Origin: Vulcanimicrobiota bacterium
GTDB lineage: Bacteria; Vulcanimicrobiota; Vulcanimicrobiia; Vulcanimicrobiales; Vulcanimicrobiaceae
Direction: 5' to 3'
NCBI GenBank assembly: GCA_003135555.1
Contig: PLCF01000057.1
Span: 1 to 17,600 of the forward strand
Length of the DNA: 17,600 nt
Of the stretch, positions 17,043 through 17,600 are shown piece by piece. Each line of letters opens with the position of its first letter. Position 1 is the first letter of the stretch. A program made the translations under genes and the position numbers. The notes beneath the pieces were generated by a model. It searched no databases. It was not told the DNA's origin and was given only the letters and a program-made list of their open reading frames with translations.

Positions 17043-17237
17043 CTACTTGGAGCGGTACTTGGCGGTGAGGCGCCCGTTTTTTGTTAAGACACCTTCTTTC
17101 ACCAGTGCCTTCATCGCCGTCGACTTTGAACGAGTTGACCCACGCTTGTGATCGGCAGCCGCCTTCTCGAACTCTCCGATGATCGACGGGTCGTTCAGAT
17201 CGAACTTCGCTGGCATGGCGTGCTTGCTTTCCGGCAT
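17043..17237 (-). CDS. Small basic protein, candidate antitoxin/partner of the downstream gene
   Basis: 64-aa ORF (57 aa from ATG 17216) ending ALVKEGVLTKNGRLTAKYRSK. Purine-rich SD-like sequence upstream. Stop is 3 nt before the GTG at 17039. Confidence 0.75.
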   Translation of the reverse strand: MPESKHAMPAKFDLNDPSIIGEFEKAAADHKRGSTRSKSTAMKALVKEGVLTKNGRLTAKYRSK

Positions 17238-17420
17238 CCCGTCCTATCCTCTCGTCATGACGTCGGCGTTTCCCATAGGGTAGCACACGTCCTGAATGCG
17301 GTCGAGGCCCACAAACTCATCGACGGACGGGATAAACGTTTGAGAATTCTACGCGGTACCAGTCCGAAAGGGAAAAGCACGTCACCCTGGCGCGGCGCAC
17401 CCGCGGCCTACGCCACTATC

Positions 17421-17600
17421 TTAGTGAGCGAGGAAACCTACCAGCAACAGGGCCACGATGTTGAGGACTTTGATCATCGGGTTGATCGCCGGTCCGGCGG
17501 TGTCTTTGTACGGATCGCCGACCGTGTCGCCGGTGACGGCGGCTTGGTGCGCGAGCGATCCCTTGCCGCCGTAGTTTCCGTCCTCGATGTACTTCTTGGC
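17421..17600 (-). CDS. hppA: Membrane-bound H+/Na+-translocating pyrophosphatase, 3' end
   Basis: [59 protein letters not shown], including the signature GDTVGDPxKDT. Confidence 0.96.
   Translation of the reverse strand, partial: AKKYIEDGNYGGKGSLAHQAAVTGDTVGDPYKDTAGPAINPMIKVLNIVALLLVGFLAH

Noticed and set aside
17238..17420. tRNA/att site, IS end or ncRNA bordering the AT-richer islet (short palindromes AAACGTTT and AGAATTCT)
   Set aside because: No cloverleaf, terminal inverted repeats, flanking direct repeat or integrase seen; most likely promoter DNA (TAGAAT and TGCTACCCT on the minus strand).

Overview
High-GC bacterial chromosomal window with about 21 genes and no recognisable rRNA, tRNA, CRISPR array or transposase. 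It contains: a cysD-cysNC (ATP sulfurylase/APS kinase) operon coupled to a secreted hypothetical protein; an RraB-like and a basic DUF6496-like small protein; a Ku-less repair cluster (xth, standalone LigD-type primase-polymerase, LigC-type ligase) split by an orphan chemoreceptor; a GT-C-like membrane protein; a 49-aa zinc-ribbon microprotein missed by the ORF track, divergent from a GAF-GGDEF-EAL gene; a VanW/glycosyltransferase-like fusion; a GNAT; and the 3' end of hppA. The most unusual part is a visibly AT-richer islet (about 16256-17400). It holds a small basic protein directly upstream of a putative ADP-ribosyltransferase-fold gene that is broken by a +1 frameshift and seems fused to an unrelated 3' ORF, which makes it a candidate undescribed toxin-antitoxin/defence module. 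All family assignments are from motif recognition by eye; no database searches were run.
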